A stretch of DNA of 64,000 nt from Mobula hypostoma (taxonomy: Eukaryota): assembly GCF_963921235.1 (NCBI RefSeq), contig NC_086098.1:237336001-237400000 (forward strand), written 5' to 3'. The notes below the pieces were generated by a model that saw only the letters and a program-made list of their open reading frames with translations, ran no database searches and was not told where the DNA came from. The position numbers were made by a program, and so were the translations under genes. Within the stretch, counting starts at the first letter, position 1; the number at the start of each line of letters is the position of its first letter. Of the stretch, positions 21,701 through 32,029 are shown piece after piece.

Positions 21701-24612
21701 AAAGATGGGTCATAACATAGCAATACAGACAAAATACTGGAGGAACTCAGCAGGCCAGGCAGCATCTATGGAAAATAGTAAACAGTCTATATTCCGGGCT
21801 GAGACCTTTCATCAGCATTTTTTGTGTATTACTTTGATTTCCACCATCTGCAGATTTTCTCTTGTTTGGACAAAATATGATTTGAAGCACTGACTCTGAA
21901 ACTGAATCAGACTTGCACTTGTGGTAAGGTACAATGTCTTTTATGATTTTGGATTCTACAGCACGATTTTGGTGCATGATGCTTCGCATTTGATTGTGCC
22001 TGTGTAGGTAGTTAGATTGAGTTAAACTGCTGCAGCATCCTGTAATGTTTTGGAATGTCCCTGTTTTAAGGTGATTTTCAACTCCTCTAGTTTGTAGGTA
22101 ACCGTTAAGCAAGGTGTAGCACCTGCTTAGCCGCCCCCCAACCTCGATCAGGGTTGCATGAAGCCATGGAACTAGGTGGAGGGTGGTTGTATGAGTAGCT
22201 GGTGCACATCACCAGTCCTGGTTATGCAACCACTAACAGCAGGCAGACATTCTCTGAAGAGTATTGATAATGTCTGGGCATCACACGGCACATAATGACA
22301 GTAATCATGACATTTTTACTATTGAGCTCTTATTAGTATTATTTTTTTCTTGGTCGGTTCAAGCTGGTAAAATATGAGGTATAGGCATAGACAAGCACAC
22401 ACATTTCTCAATTTCTTCGAACTTTCGGATTATCCAAATGGCGTTCAATATTGCGGCTTTCTTAGCATTTACATAAATGCTGTTTTGTGTGCCTAATATT
22501 TAACGCTATTGCATAGTGACATTGAGTGGGTGCTATTCGTAGATATTACTATCGGAGCAATGTATTTATTCCCTGTTCATGTTCCATAGACTTTCAATTT
22601 CTTCTTTTAATTCAGCGTGCATCTGGGGGTTTTCGCTCATTGAGTGTTGTATGTTACGTATGTTTCGAATGGCTATATCTATTGAGTAAGTTGTTCTTGC
22701 TTGTTTGCCCTGTAATGTTGTATCCGGACGGTAATTATGGATCGCTCCATCGGTAATGAGCGATATATCATAATATAATTTGCAGGACACTGACTCTAAA
22801 ATGGATAAGGCTTCTATTTATAGTAAAGTGTTGTGACTTTCATAAGTTTGTATTTCATAGCAAGAATTTTGGTGAATGATGTTTTCCAGTTGATTTTGCC
22901 TGTGTAAGTAACCCATTGAGTTAAACTGCGACAGGATCCGGCGATATGTTGAATTGCTTCTGGTTTCTCCTGGCATTTTCCGCATTGATCGTCTTGCAGG
23001 TGCTGGTGTTTTATTCTGTTTTTGATTTTTTTTGTATTGTACAACAACTCAAATATGTCCAACATTTACTTATAGTTCATACCACTAACCCGGACAGTAT
23101 CATTGTACATCTCTGCGGCTCGCTCTGCACAGCTTTTTTGTTATGGGATAACGGGAATTGCACTCAATACTCCGGCTGCGGTCTGGCCAGAGTTTTATAT
23201 CGATGCAGCATGATTTCCATACTCTTTTACTCAACATACTTACCAAAAAAAGGCAAACATACTCTTTGCCGAATAATCCTTATCGGTATCTATCTTAAGA
23301 CAATCGGTTATTGCGTTCCCAAACCCAGGACCAATTCGAGTCACCACATAATATTTCAATATCTCCTCGTTGATGCATTCAAGAAATAAAGAGCTGTGTC
23401 ATTAGAGAGAATCCAGAGGAGTTTTATCAGGTTGATTCCGAGAATTAAAAAAAAGGGTAACATATAAGGAGCGTTTGGCGGCTTTGCAGTTTAGGAGAAT
23501 GGGGGATGTTATTGAAACCTACAGAAACTTGAAATGACGAGACAAGTTGGATGTGGAGAGGATGTTTTTTATCGTGGGGGTCCAGAACTAGAGGGTACAG
23601 CCTCAAAACTGAGGGCAACAAAGGTAAGGATGAGTTATTTTAGCTAGAAAGTAGTGAATCTGTGGAATGCTCTGCCGCAGATAGCTGTGTAAGCCAAGAC
23701 CGTGTGTATATTTACAGTGAAAGTTGATGGTTTCCAGATAAGTCAGTACATCAAAGTTTATGACGAGAAGGCAGGTGTATGGAATTGAGTGGGATGCAGG
23801 ATCAGATATGACGGAATGGTGGAGCAGATTTGATGGGCCGATTGGCCTAATTTTGCTCCCATGTTTTATGGTCTTTTCACGTTTCATTATCTCCTCGTGA
23901 GTGTATTGAAGAGATCATGCCCCATCTAAGCCTCCTGTAGGTTTTACGAACTTGGGAATCCTTTAATATTATTCTTTCATTAATGTATACGATTCCAAGA
24001 CGGGTTCGCCTGTGTATTTGGGAACTATTCTCATTTTGGGGGTCATTGTCATATTGGGGAATGAATAAGAAAGTGACGACACATCTGAGAGCAAATGGTG
24101 AATGCGAAATAATTAGAAACTATTAGCATAGACCGATTAACTGGTATATTGATGTCAATTGTCATATTTAGGATTTATGACATATAACACATTTATGCGA
24201 TTAATTATAAATTGGCCAGATAATAGTTCTAATTCATACTCTTTTTACGCACAGGGACACAACGTCAATCAGCGACGCGCCAGGGACACGGCAGTGCGGC
24301 TCAGGTACGGACGTTGTTTGAACTCCGTTCTAAGATTCGCAAACTTGATGTTTGGGATTGTGTACTAAAAAGTGATGGCATCAACGGAGTCATCAGGAAA
24401 TTATGAAACATAAGCCATAGTTTAGTAATCTGCTGGAGTTATTTAAGGAGGTGTCTCGTAGAGGAAAGTTAACACACTCGTTACTCTGTTGAACAATGGG
24501 AGGTTATGCTGCAATAACTTTAATTGTCAATGTTTGGTACACATTCCAGACCCAAGCGCCGATTCTTTACGCCTCGTTAGACTTTGCTGCATCATCCTCT
24601 CACCGCAGATGA
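18675..24612 (+). CDS. Non-rearranging antigen-receptor-like IgSF gene (leader-VJ-C1-TM-cytoplasmic ITIM); join(18675..18729,19316..19630,19714..20034,20874..20964,24255..24304,24550..24612); about 297 aa if one T at 20931-20935 is removed; as given, stops at 20939-20941
   Basis: Six GT-AG exons with compatible phases (1,1,1,1,0 after repair). V domain has C, W and DSGSYYC. C1 domain has PPS, LVCLV, YW, YSVRSQVLV and WRSGGVCTC. Also a hydrophobic TM, ITIM ILYASL, and AATAAA at 24747. Confidence 0.88.
19316..19630 (+). CDS. Gene 1 exon 2: single-exon VJ-type Ig V domain (ASKPFSV...VELSCEL...VSWYKH...EDSGSYYCAEKKSYPPLVQGPTLLVG)
   Basis: Acceptor TTGCAG, donor G|GTAAG, 315 nt open frame, canonical Cys/Trp/Cys; G strand in the same exon with no RSS. 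Confidence 0.93.
19714..20034 (+). CDS. Gene 1 exon 3: Ig C1-set domain (DSSTIRTYMQVFVPPS...LVCLVGG...IYWNISG...DSDQSYSVRSQVLV...WRSGGVCTC...EPDQ)
   Basis: Acceptor CCGTCCAG, donor G|GTAAGG, 321 nt open frame, C1 motifs, N-glycosylation sequon NIS. Confidence 0.92.
20874..20964 (+). CDS. Gene 1 exon 4: membrane-proximal Cys plus TM (DCYRPAAILLGLLILLVIVI...), carrying a +1 frameshift
   Basis: Strong polypyrimidine acceptor and donor CAG|GTAAGG; 91 nt. Removing one T gives ...VILFEHFKECKS(G) with no stop. Confidence 0.88.
21885..22110 (-). mobile_element. Second R4/Dong-like RLE fragment
   Basis: QNITGCCSSL...YLHRHNQ; paralogous to 22814-23065. Confidence 0.65.
22330..23070 (-). mobile_element. 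R4/Dong-like non-LTR retrotransposon 3' fragment (restriction-like endonuclease domain)
   Basis: CGKCQEKPEAIQHIAGSC knuckle, then KLYYD...YRPD...IDIAI...K...ELKEEI RLE motifs; (TAA)/A-rich tail near 22330. Confidence 0.75.
23400..23880 (+). mobile_element. Old CR1 3' fragment in gene 1 intron 4
   Basis: Degenerate RT C-terminus and CR1 3' UTR. Confidence 0.6.
24255..24304 (+). CDS. Gene 1 exon 5: cytoplasmic GTQRQSATRQGHGSAAQ
   Basis: Acceptor CTTTTTACGCACAG, donor CAG|GTACGG; 50 nt converts phase 1 to phase 0 as the next exon requires. Confidence 0.75.
24550..24612 (+). CDS. Gene 1 exon 6: TQAPILYASLDFAASSSHRR* with ITIM
   Basis: Acceptor CATTCCAG, phase 0; ILYASL fits (I/V/L/S)xYxx(L/V); poly(A) signal downstream. 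Confidence 0.8.
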   Translation, partial: TQAPILYASLDFAASSSHRR

Positions 24613-24746
24613 GAATCTGGCTGGGTTCTGCTTGGAAAGATTACGGAGTATTTGACCGAACCTGGGTTGACACTAAAATCCTCTGAACGACTCAAGACTT
24701 GACGCTCCGCGATTGACAAAAATTGTACGCGCTCATTTGTTATGGG

Positions 24747-24752
24747 AATAAA
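24747..24752 (+). terminator. Candidate poly(A) signal for gene 1
   Basis: AATAAA about 135 nt after the stop codon. Confidence 0.5.
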
Positions 24753-27700
24753 ATGTTGGACTAACATTGATGTCGCGATGAACGCATATTCTAAGCCTTA
24801 AGTGAAGAACAGCCGCGTTCTACATAATTTGCATTCTCTAATCTCAAAACTTCCCTCGGAGTTGTTCTGATTTTTTTTCTTTTGTATGATTCAAATATAT
24901 TGGAATATGATTAAAAAGAATGGCTTTGCATTGATCAATTACAATTTTCGAGCTTTTTCCACTTCTGGGTACAACTTACGCTGCAGCTTAATCAGTTATT
25001 GTACATTATGTTTGATAGGATTGCCTTTATATTTATTGTGCTTCTTTGCGCGTATATTGTGCTAACTGTGCTTATTGTGTCTTTTGCGCTGCGACGGATC
25101 CAGAGCGGCAATCATTTTTTCCTATTTATAAAGTCGTATGCTGCAGAATGACAATAAACAATCTTGACTCTTGAATCTTGAAAGAGTAGAAACCGCTACT
25201 TGGCAAACTCTCGAAGGATTTGGAGAAATTCTTCGCCCACATCCAATAAAGGTTTCATTGGCCTTTCAGGGAATACAGCGTCTTTTTAGACCAAAAACCA
25301 TTAGACTACACGACATAGGAAAATGTTAGGCCATTTAGACCACCGGGCTGGCTGTATTAGTCCATCGTTGCCGATTTCCTATCCCTTTCAAAACCATTCT
25401 TCTGCCTTCCTTTGATATCCTTACTGATCAAGAAACTATCACACTCCGCTTTACGTATACTCACAATTTGGCCTTCACAGCTGTCTGTGGTAATGAATTC
25501 ACCACGCTCGAGATAAATAAATATCTCTTCTTCTCTGTTTTAAAGAGACGTCCTTCTATTCTGAGGCTGTGCCTTTGCTCTTACATTTCCCCACTATAGG
25601 AAATATCCTCTCCACATGCACTGCAGCTAGACCTTTGTTCAACATGCTTCACTGAGATCTCTCTTCATTCTCCAAAACTCCAGCCATCAGACGGTCCTCA
25701 TACGGTAGACTTTTCATTCCCGTTATTATTCCCGTGAACTCTGTCTGCCAAAACATTCTTTACTAGAGAAGAGGCCGACAACTGCTCACAATACACCAAG
25801 TGTAGTCTGACCGAATACCTGAGGTACTTTCCGAGAAGCGTTCCTCAAATTGGGTTTGAAGTTTCTGTACGACCTTCAGGTTCCCTTCAGCATTTTGAAA
25901 ATAACGTTGCAGTTAGAAGAGTAAAGAATTATTTACTAGATTTTAAATATATTAATGGCGGTTAGAAAAAGAAAAAACCTGCTACCGGTCGGCAGCATCT
26001 AGCAGAAGGAGGCCGAAACAGGGTTGCAGGAGTGAAGTTAAGGAATTCTTTGTATCAGAGACTGGAGGAAACATATGATTCTCTGGTGCAAACGGCAAAG
26101 AATGTCGGAATAACTGCTTCATTAAATCTGATGCAGCACAATCTTTATTAACTCTGTATATGAATGGAACAGGGGGTAGACGGATCATTGCGAATAGCTT
26201 CCTCACACCCATCATGCAACTGAGCTCCACCAGGAGAAAACTGCGCAACCCCTACGGATTTCCCCGTATATCTATATTCTGGGTCAAACATGATACCCTT
26301 GCCTTATCATTAGCACCACACGGAGCCTCGGCTGAAAGGAAACATCGCATCGCGTTTTGGGAATCGCTGCTGAAGTGAAGACTGACAAGATGTCAGTCTG
26401 TTGGGATTTATTTTATTTGTGGTAATATTATTGCATGTGTCGTGTGGGAGTTCTGTGTACTGTATCGTGACGCACTTTGACCCGGAGGAAAGCCTTTTTA
26501 TTTGGCTGTATACTTCTGTAAGTTTGGAGGACAGTAAGTTGCACTTGAACTTGAAGTGAATCATCCCACACTTACCATAAGTCTGGGAAATATTTTTAGA
26601 TCTGAAGCAGTGTGTCGACTGACTGTAATCAAACTGAGTTTCTTGACTTTCTTGCGAAATATGTTTCATTGTGTAAGCGTTTGACTCTGTGCCTTCTGAA
26701 GCAGAGGAAGTCCTCATCATTTCAATTGGAGACTAGTATCGTGAATCCATTATTTTTGGTAGCTTCAAATACCCTCCGTTCCCTCGCCCATTCCCCCTTA
26801 ACGTCTCCCCTCTTCTCTCCCCGCTCTTCGTTGTGGGCTGCCCTTCACCTCCGCACCTCAGAATTCCCTTTGTCAAAGCAAGTACTGGTGGTTAGGGTTT
26901 GAATTGGCCGGGTTATCAAACTGAGAATCAGAATCGGGTTTAATATTATCACCACGTGTTGATTTGCGGCAGTAGTAAATTGCAAAATATAATAATAAAA
27001 AAAACTATAAATTACAATTAGTAGATATAAACATTAATTTAAATCAATCGCACAAAAGAGAGGGAAAATACTGAGGTAGCGTGATGGTTTCACTGTCCAT
27101 TCAGAAATCATTGGCAGAAGGAAACTATCTGTTGCTGAAACGTTGCATGTCTTTTCCTACTCCTATATGTCCTTCTTGATGGTAGCAATAAGAAGACGGC
27201 ATGTCAACTTTAGTTGTCCTTGCAGACTGAAGTAACGTGTCTTTACACAATCCTTTACAAAATTTCAATGGTAAATTAACCTCTGTCCAGATTGGCATTA
27301 CGAGAATTTCACGCCACAAGAATGCATTCTGGAAACCCTGGACTGGGAACGCGAGTTTACAGGATGTTAAGTACCAGTCGACATTGAACTTAGTCTGTTT
27401 CAGATCTGGCCCTTGAATCATTTGTCAGAGTTCTAACCGCAAATTTTTGACCTGTAAATTTTTGCTGTGCCTTTGCGCAGTTGCAGCTGGGTAAACCATT
27501 CAACTGCCAGGACTGCACGCGCAGACACCTTGCATTTTTTTCACCTAGTTCACTGGGTTCACCTAACGCTCTTTCCAGTCTCCTCATCTGTACTTTATTT
27601 ATCCACAGATCTCATCCACAGTCCTTGTTCTCTCATCGAACCCATATGATCCAGTTGCTCCTAGTTTTCACTCTTCCTGGCTAAAGCAGACCTTGTTGCC

Positions 27701-28648
27701 GGTAGCTTGTTGGCTGTAGTTTGTTTTCTGTGGTTTTGTGGCCCCATGAGGCTTGTTATTTTGCGGTCTATTAGTAAAGTTATCATTCATCGCTTAATTG
27801 GCTCCATGGCTTTGCTTTGGGGTCAGGCCTCCTCTGCATTTCTTAACAGCAACGCGTGGAATCAAAAATGCAATGCACTCTAGTTATTCAGTCTGTTGTA
27901 TTGTACATTGTGACTGATGCCTTCTTAAAGTTCTTGAATTATATCAAGCAGAATTTCCGTAGAGGATTAAAGTTAAATTCTCTTTTAGATAATTCACCCA
28001 TCTTCACTAAACTTCCCTTTCGCATTCCGATATGTCGACCCATGGCCTCCTCTACTATCGCGAAGAGGCGACACTTAGGTTGGAGGAGCAACATCTTGGA
28101 TTCTATCTGGGTAGACTCCAACCTGATGCATGAACATCGATTTCTCGAACTTCCGATAACGCCCATCCCCTCTTCTTCACCATTCCCCATCTCCCTTTTC
28201 CTCTATCCTCTTATCTCCTTGCCTGCCTATCACCACCACTCCCTCTGGTGCTCCTCCCCTCTTTTCTTTCTTTCATGACTTCTGTTCTCTATTATCAGAC
28301 TCACCCTTCTCAAGCCCCGTGTCTCTGTCACCAATAAACTTCCCCTATCTTTACTCCATCTCCTCTTGGAATGTGGTTTGCAAAAGAGTCGGATAAATTT
28401 CTCGGAGGAGATGGTGCGAGTTGATGTCCCAAGAGCTGGTATATAGGGCAGGACGGGTAATTTCTCAACTGGGTATGTTTGAAATTGCTTAACGTTGTTT
28501 AGCGGACGTAAGTATGAAGACACTGGGAAAGACATACATGTCCTCTGTATTGCATTGACACATACTTGAGCATGACTCCCGAGAGGTCAGAAAATCTGCT
28601 GCGTGTGACTGCAACTGGAACTGACAGCCTTTCCCGAAAGGAGACCTG

Positions 28649-28741
28649 TTACTGCACGTCATATCCGGATTGCAAAACCTTCTCTTCCGCCTGATCTCTC
28701 GCTGTCGAGCCCGCTTTAAAAATCAGGCCAGCGTAGGTAGA
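28649..28741 (-). pseudogene. Gene 2 last exon STYAGLIFKAGSTARDQAEEKVLQSGYDVQ* with ITIM-like STYAGL
   Basis: Acceptor CCGTTTTCACTCGCAG; phase 0 matches the preceding exon. Confidence 0.65.
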
Positions 28742-31700
28742 CTGCGAGTGAAAACGGAGCGCATCGCCGAATGTCACGGGGATAGGAGGAGACCGGACGC
28801 CCCATCAACCTTCTTCTACAGTACGATTAAATTCTGATTCGCTTCAGTGGTGAAAAGCTTCCACAAAGAATCCTCAGAATCGGCTTTTGGGAGTGAGGTG
28901 AAGAAACAAGGATAGTACTATAAGACCACAAGACATAGAATAAGAATTAGGGCATTCGACCCATTAAATCTTCTCCACCATTCCAGCATGGCTAATTTAT
29001 TATTCTTCACAACTCTATTATCCTGCCACCCCCCAGACCCTCCCGTAACGTTTGACGCCCTGTCAACCTCTACTCTTTGGCTAAATGAATTCCTCCTTAT
29101 TTCTGTACTGAAGGGACTTCTTTGTATTCGGAGGGGATGATGGCCACGGTGTTTTCGAGATAAGTGAATTAAGTTGTGCATACTGGGATGTGGACATACT
29201 TCAAATGTAATTAGAAGTAACGAACGTAACAAATATGGTACCAAGATGATTGGTGTTAGAACGTCAACTTGTTAAAATTAACATAAATGACATAGAAAAA
29301 TGCTTTACAAATTCCTTAGGGAACCAAGATAGTGAGAAAAGTAAGTTCTGAAAAAGCCCTGAAGAGGCAAAGACTGTTAAGCGTATCTTAAACGAGTGGA
29401 TCAATTATTGAAAAATGCCGTGCAGCACGGGAAAATGCTACAAACAGGGAGGAGGTACAACAATTGAGCGACACACTTAATTCCCCACCATAATCAATAA
29501 ACCATCCCATATCCACTATCTCACTGTTTTTGCGCTTTATCTGCACGACTTATTTAATTTAATTTTAAAATATATTTTATTGTAACTTATAGTTTTTTTT
29601 AAAGTGTTGCATTTCAATAATGCCGCAAAACAACCAAATTCAAGACATCTGTCTGCTGTGATATTAAATCCGATTCTGATTCTCGTTCTTGAGAAGTGTA
29701 ATCTAGCCAGTGCAAAAAATCCTGAAGGAGCAATAATGGAATACCGGAGTACGCGGTACTACCATTACCGATACCACTGCCACAGCAAGTGTTTTCACAC
29801 CGCATACTCTGTAATTTTTATTACACATTTAAAACTATTCCATTAAAATCGCCCTTATATATTTTGCAAATGAATTCAGTAACTGTATTTGTCATTTAAT
29901 TTGTGAAACATCATTCAGTAATTGTTGCATGGTGGGCTGATTTGGAAGGTGAAATCAAGAAGGGCCCAGAAAGGAATAGCCAACTGGATACGAAATAGAC
30001 TTGATGGAAGGAGTTGGAAAGAGCTGTTATTCAGACCGGAATACTGTGAAAAGTGGTATGCAGCGGGGATTAGTTCTGCTCCTTCTGCTGTGTGTCATAT
30101 AATTGGTTTGAATAAGAAGGCAGATGGCATTTGCAGTGTGATTGAAATTGAGGTAAGTTGCCTAAGGCTTTGTCAGGATCGAGATCAACGAAAAGTGGGC
30201 AAATGAAAGGCAGGTGAAATGTAAATGAAAAGAGTGAGGTGATGCCCTTTAGAAAGCAGCAAGGCTCAATTGCATTCGCCATAAACATTTACATCCAACA
30301 AAAGACGACAACATTGAAGGACTATAGAGAATAAAGTTTAAAATAAAATGAAAGTTAAAAGTAAAGACATCGAATAAAAGGTGCAAAAATCTGTCATACA
30401 TGCTGGTCCCCCAGTTAGTGGTGCTAATTGGAATGATTGATTAGATTAAATGTCTAGAGCGGGGGTTTGTAAGATTGGGTGAGGTTTTTGCTTAATAGCC
30501 ATATAGCGCTTTCCAGAAAGGAGCACTTTAAAAGGGCAGTTTTCCGGACGGTTAATGTCCTCAGTGTATTTTTTGCCCGCTTCTCTGTTGTGGAAAAATT
30601 AAACCAGGGTAGCATTTACAGAGTACGTATCACGGCCCGGAGAGTGTTGTAAAATAAAGATACGTATGAGCACAAGCTATAATTCTATGAACGTGTCAAC
30701 ACAGTACCAAACGCAAAGTTCAAAGTAACTTTATTTACAAAGTATACATATATATGGCCGTATATACTACCCTGAGATCCATTAAATAAAAGGTAAAAAA
30801 TAAACTCAGTCTGAACCTGCACAGAAACAAAGTGAAACAATCAATTTGCAAACGGCATCAAATTGAGCCACACCAAAAAAAGAGAGAAAAATGTATAAAT
30901 ATAATTAACAAATTGAGTTGTAAAGTTCTTGAAAGTGAGCACATAGATTGTGGAATCAATTCAATGTTGAGACTCCGGACCCTAATGGTTGAAGAATAGT
31001 AACTATTCATGAACCTTGGTGTGTCGGAACTGAGGCGCCTGCACCTCTTTCGAATGGCAGCAGCGAGAAAGCATGGCGTGAATGGTGCGGTCCTTGTAGA
31101 TGTATCGAAGATGGGGAGTGCTTTACTTGCAATGTACCCTGTGTGCCCACTGCATTTTGTAGACCTTTGCGTTCAAGGGCATTAGCGTTTCCACACCAGG
31201 CCGTGACGCAACCAGTCAGAATACTTTCCAGCTTGCATCTATCGAAGTTTTTCAAAGTTTTAGATGACATTCCGAATCAGAGAGATAGTGAAAAAAGCAG
31301 GTTTACCTTCATCAGATGGGGTATGGAGTTCGAGGTGGTGGTGAGACCGCAGCTAAAATATTGGGGCTTGGAAGTAGGTACAGAGGAGATGACAGAGGTA
31401 AGTTTTTTACGCAGACAGTGGTGAGTGCGTAGAATGGGCTGCCGTCGGCGGTGGTGGAGACAGAAACGATAGGGCCTTTTAAGAGAATCCTAGATGGGTA
31501 CACAGAGCTTTGGGAAATAGAGGTCTATGGGTACGCCTAGGTAGTTCTAAGGTAAGGACATCTTCGGCACAGCTTTGTGGGCCGAAGGGCCTGTATTGTG
31601 CTGTAGGTTTTAATGTTCTATGTATGTTTATAACCCTTAATTCCATCAGCTTGGCAAAATATTATGTGCGGAATTGTCTGTGTCTGTGTTGCACAATGCT

Positions 31701-31772
31701 GTTCTATTTTCTTAGTAACACGAAACAACAATAATGTGTTCATGCGTCATTTCCTGCTCCGCGTGGTCTCAC

Positions 31773-31804
31773 TTCTGCACAGTTCATCCGGGCACTCTTG
31801 TTGC
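31773..31804 (-). pseudogene. Gene 2 cytoplasmic mini-exon
   Basis: Acceptor TCTCTTTCCACCTCAG, donor GAA|GTGAGA; 32 nt, phase 1 to 0. Confidence 0.7.
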
Positions 31805-31921
31805 CTGAGGTGGAAAGAGATTAATAGTAAATGTTCGCGTTAAATTTCCCACTGAACGAACCCAGAAACGTCAACCATGGCAATAAAAATCATGAGGAGT
31901 TTGAACGAATTCGAGACCTGA

Positions 31922-32029
31922 CTGCCGGTTCCTGCACCTTCGTCAGAGCGAACATCACCGTGTGCAGGGGTAAAATCGCCAAAGGACAGCCGACAATGCA
32001 GTTAAAGGCAAACATGCAGGGATGGGCAT
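31922..32029 (-). pseudogene. Gene 2 TM exon (degenerate, Pro-interrupted)
   Basis: Acceptor TTTTTTATCTTGAAG; 108 nt phase 1-1; Cys followed by a hydrophobic stretch. Confidence 0.65.

Noticed and set aside
26700-26900. GILRC...GEGT on the minus strand as a V end
   Set aside because: No DxGxY motif, upstream Trp or splice support; likely chance in a purine-rich tract.
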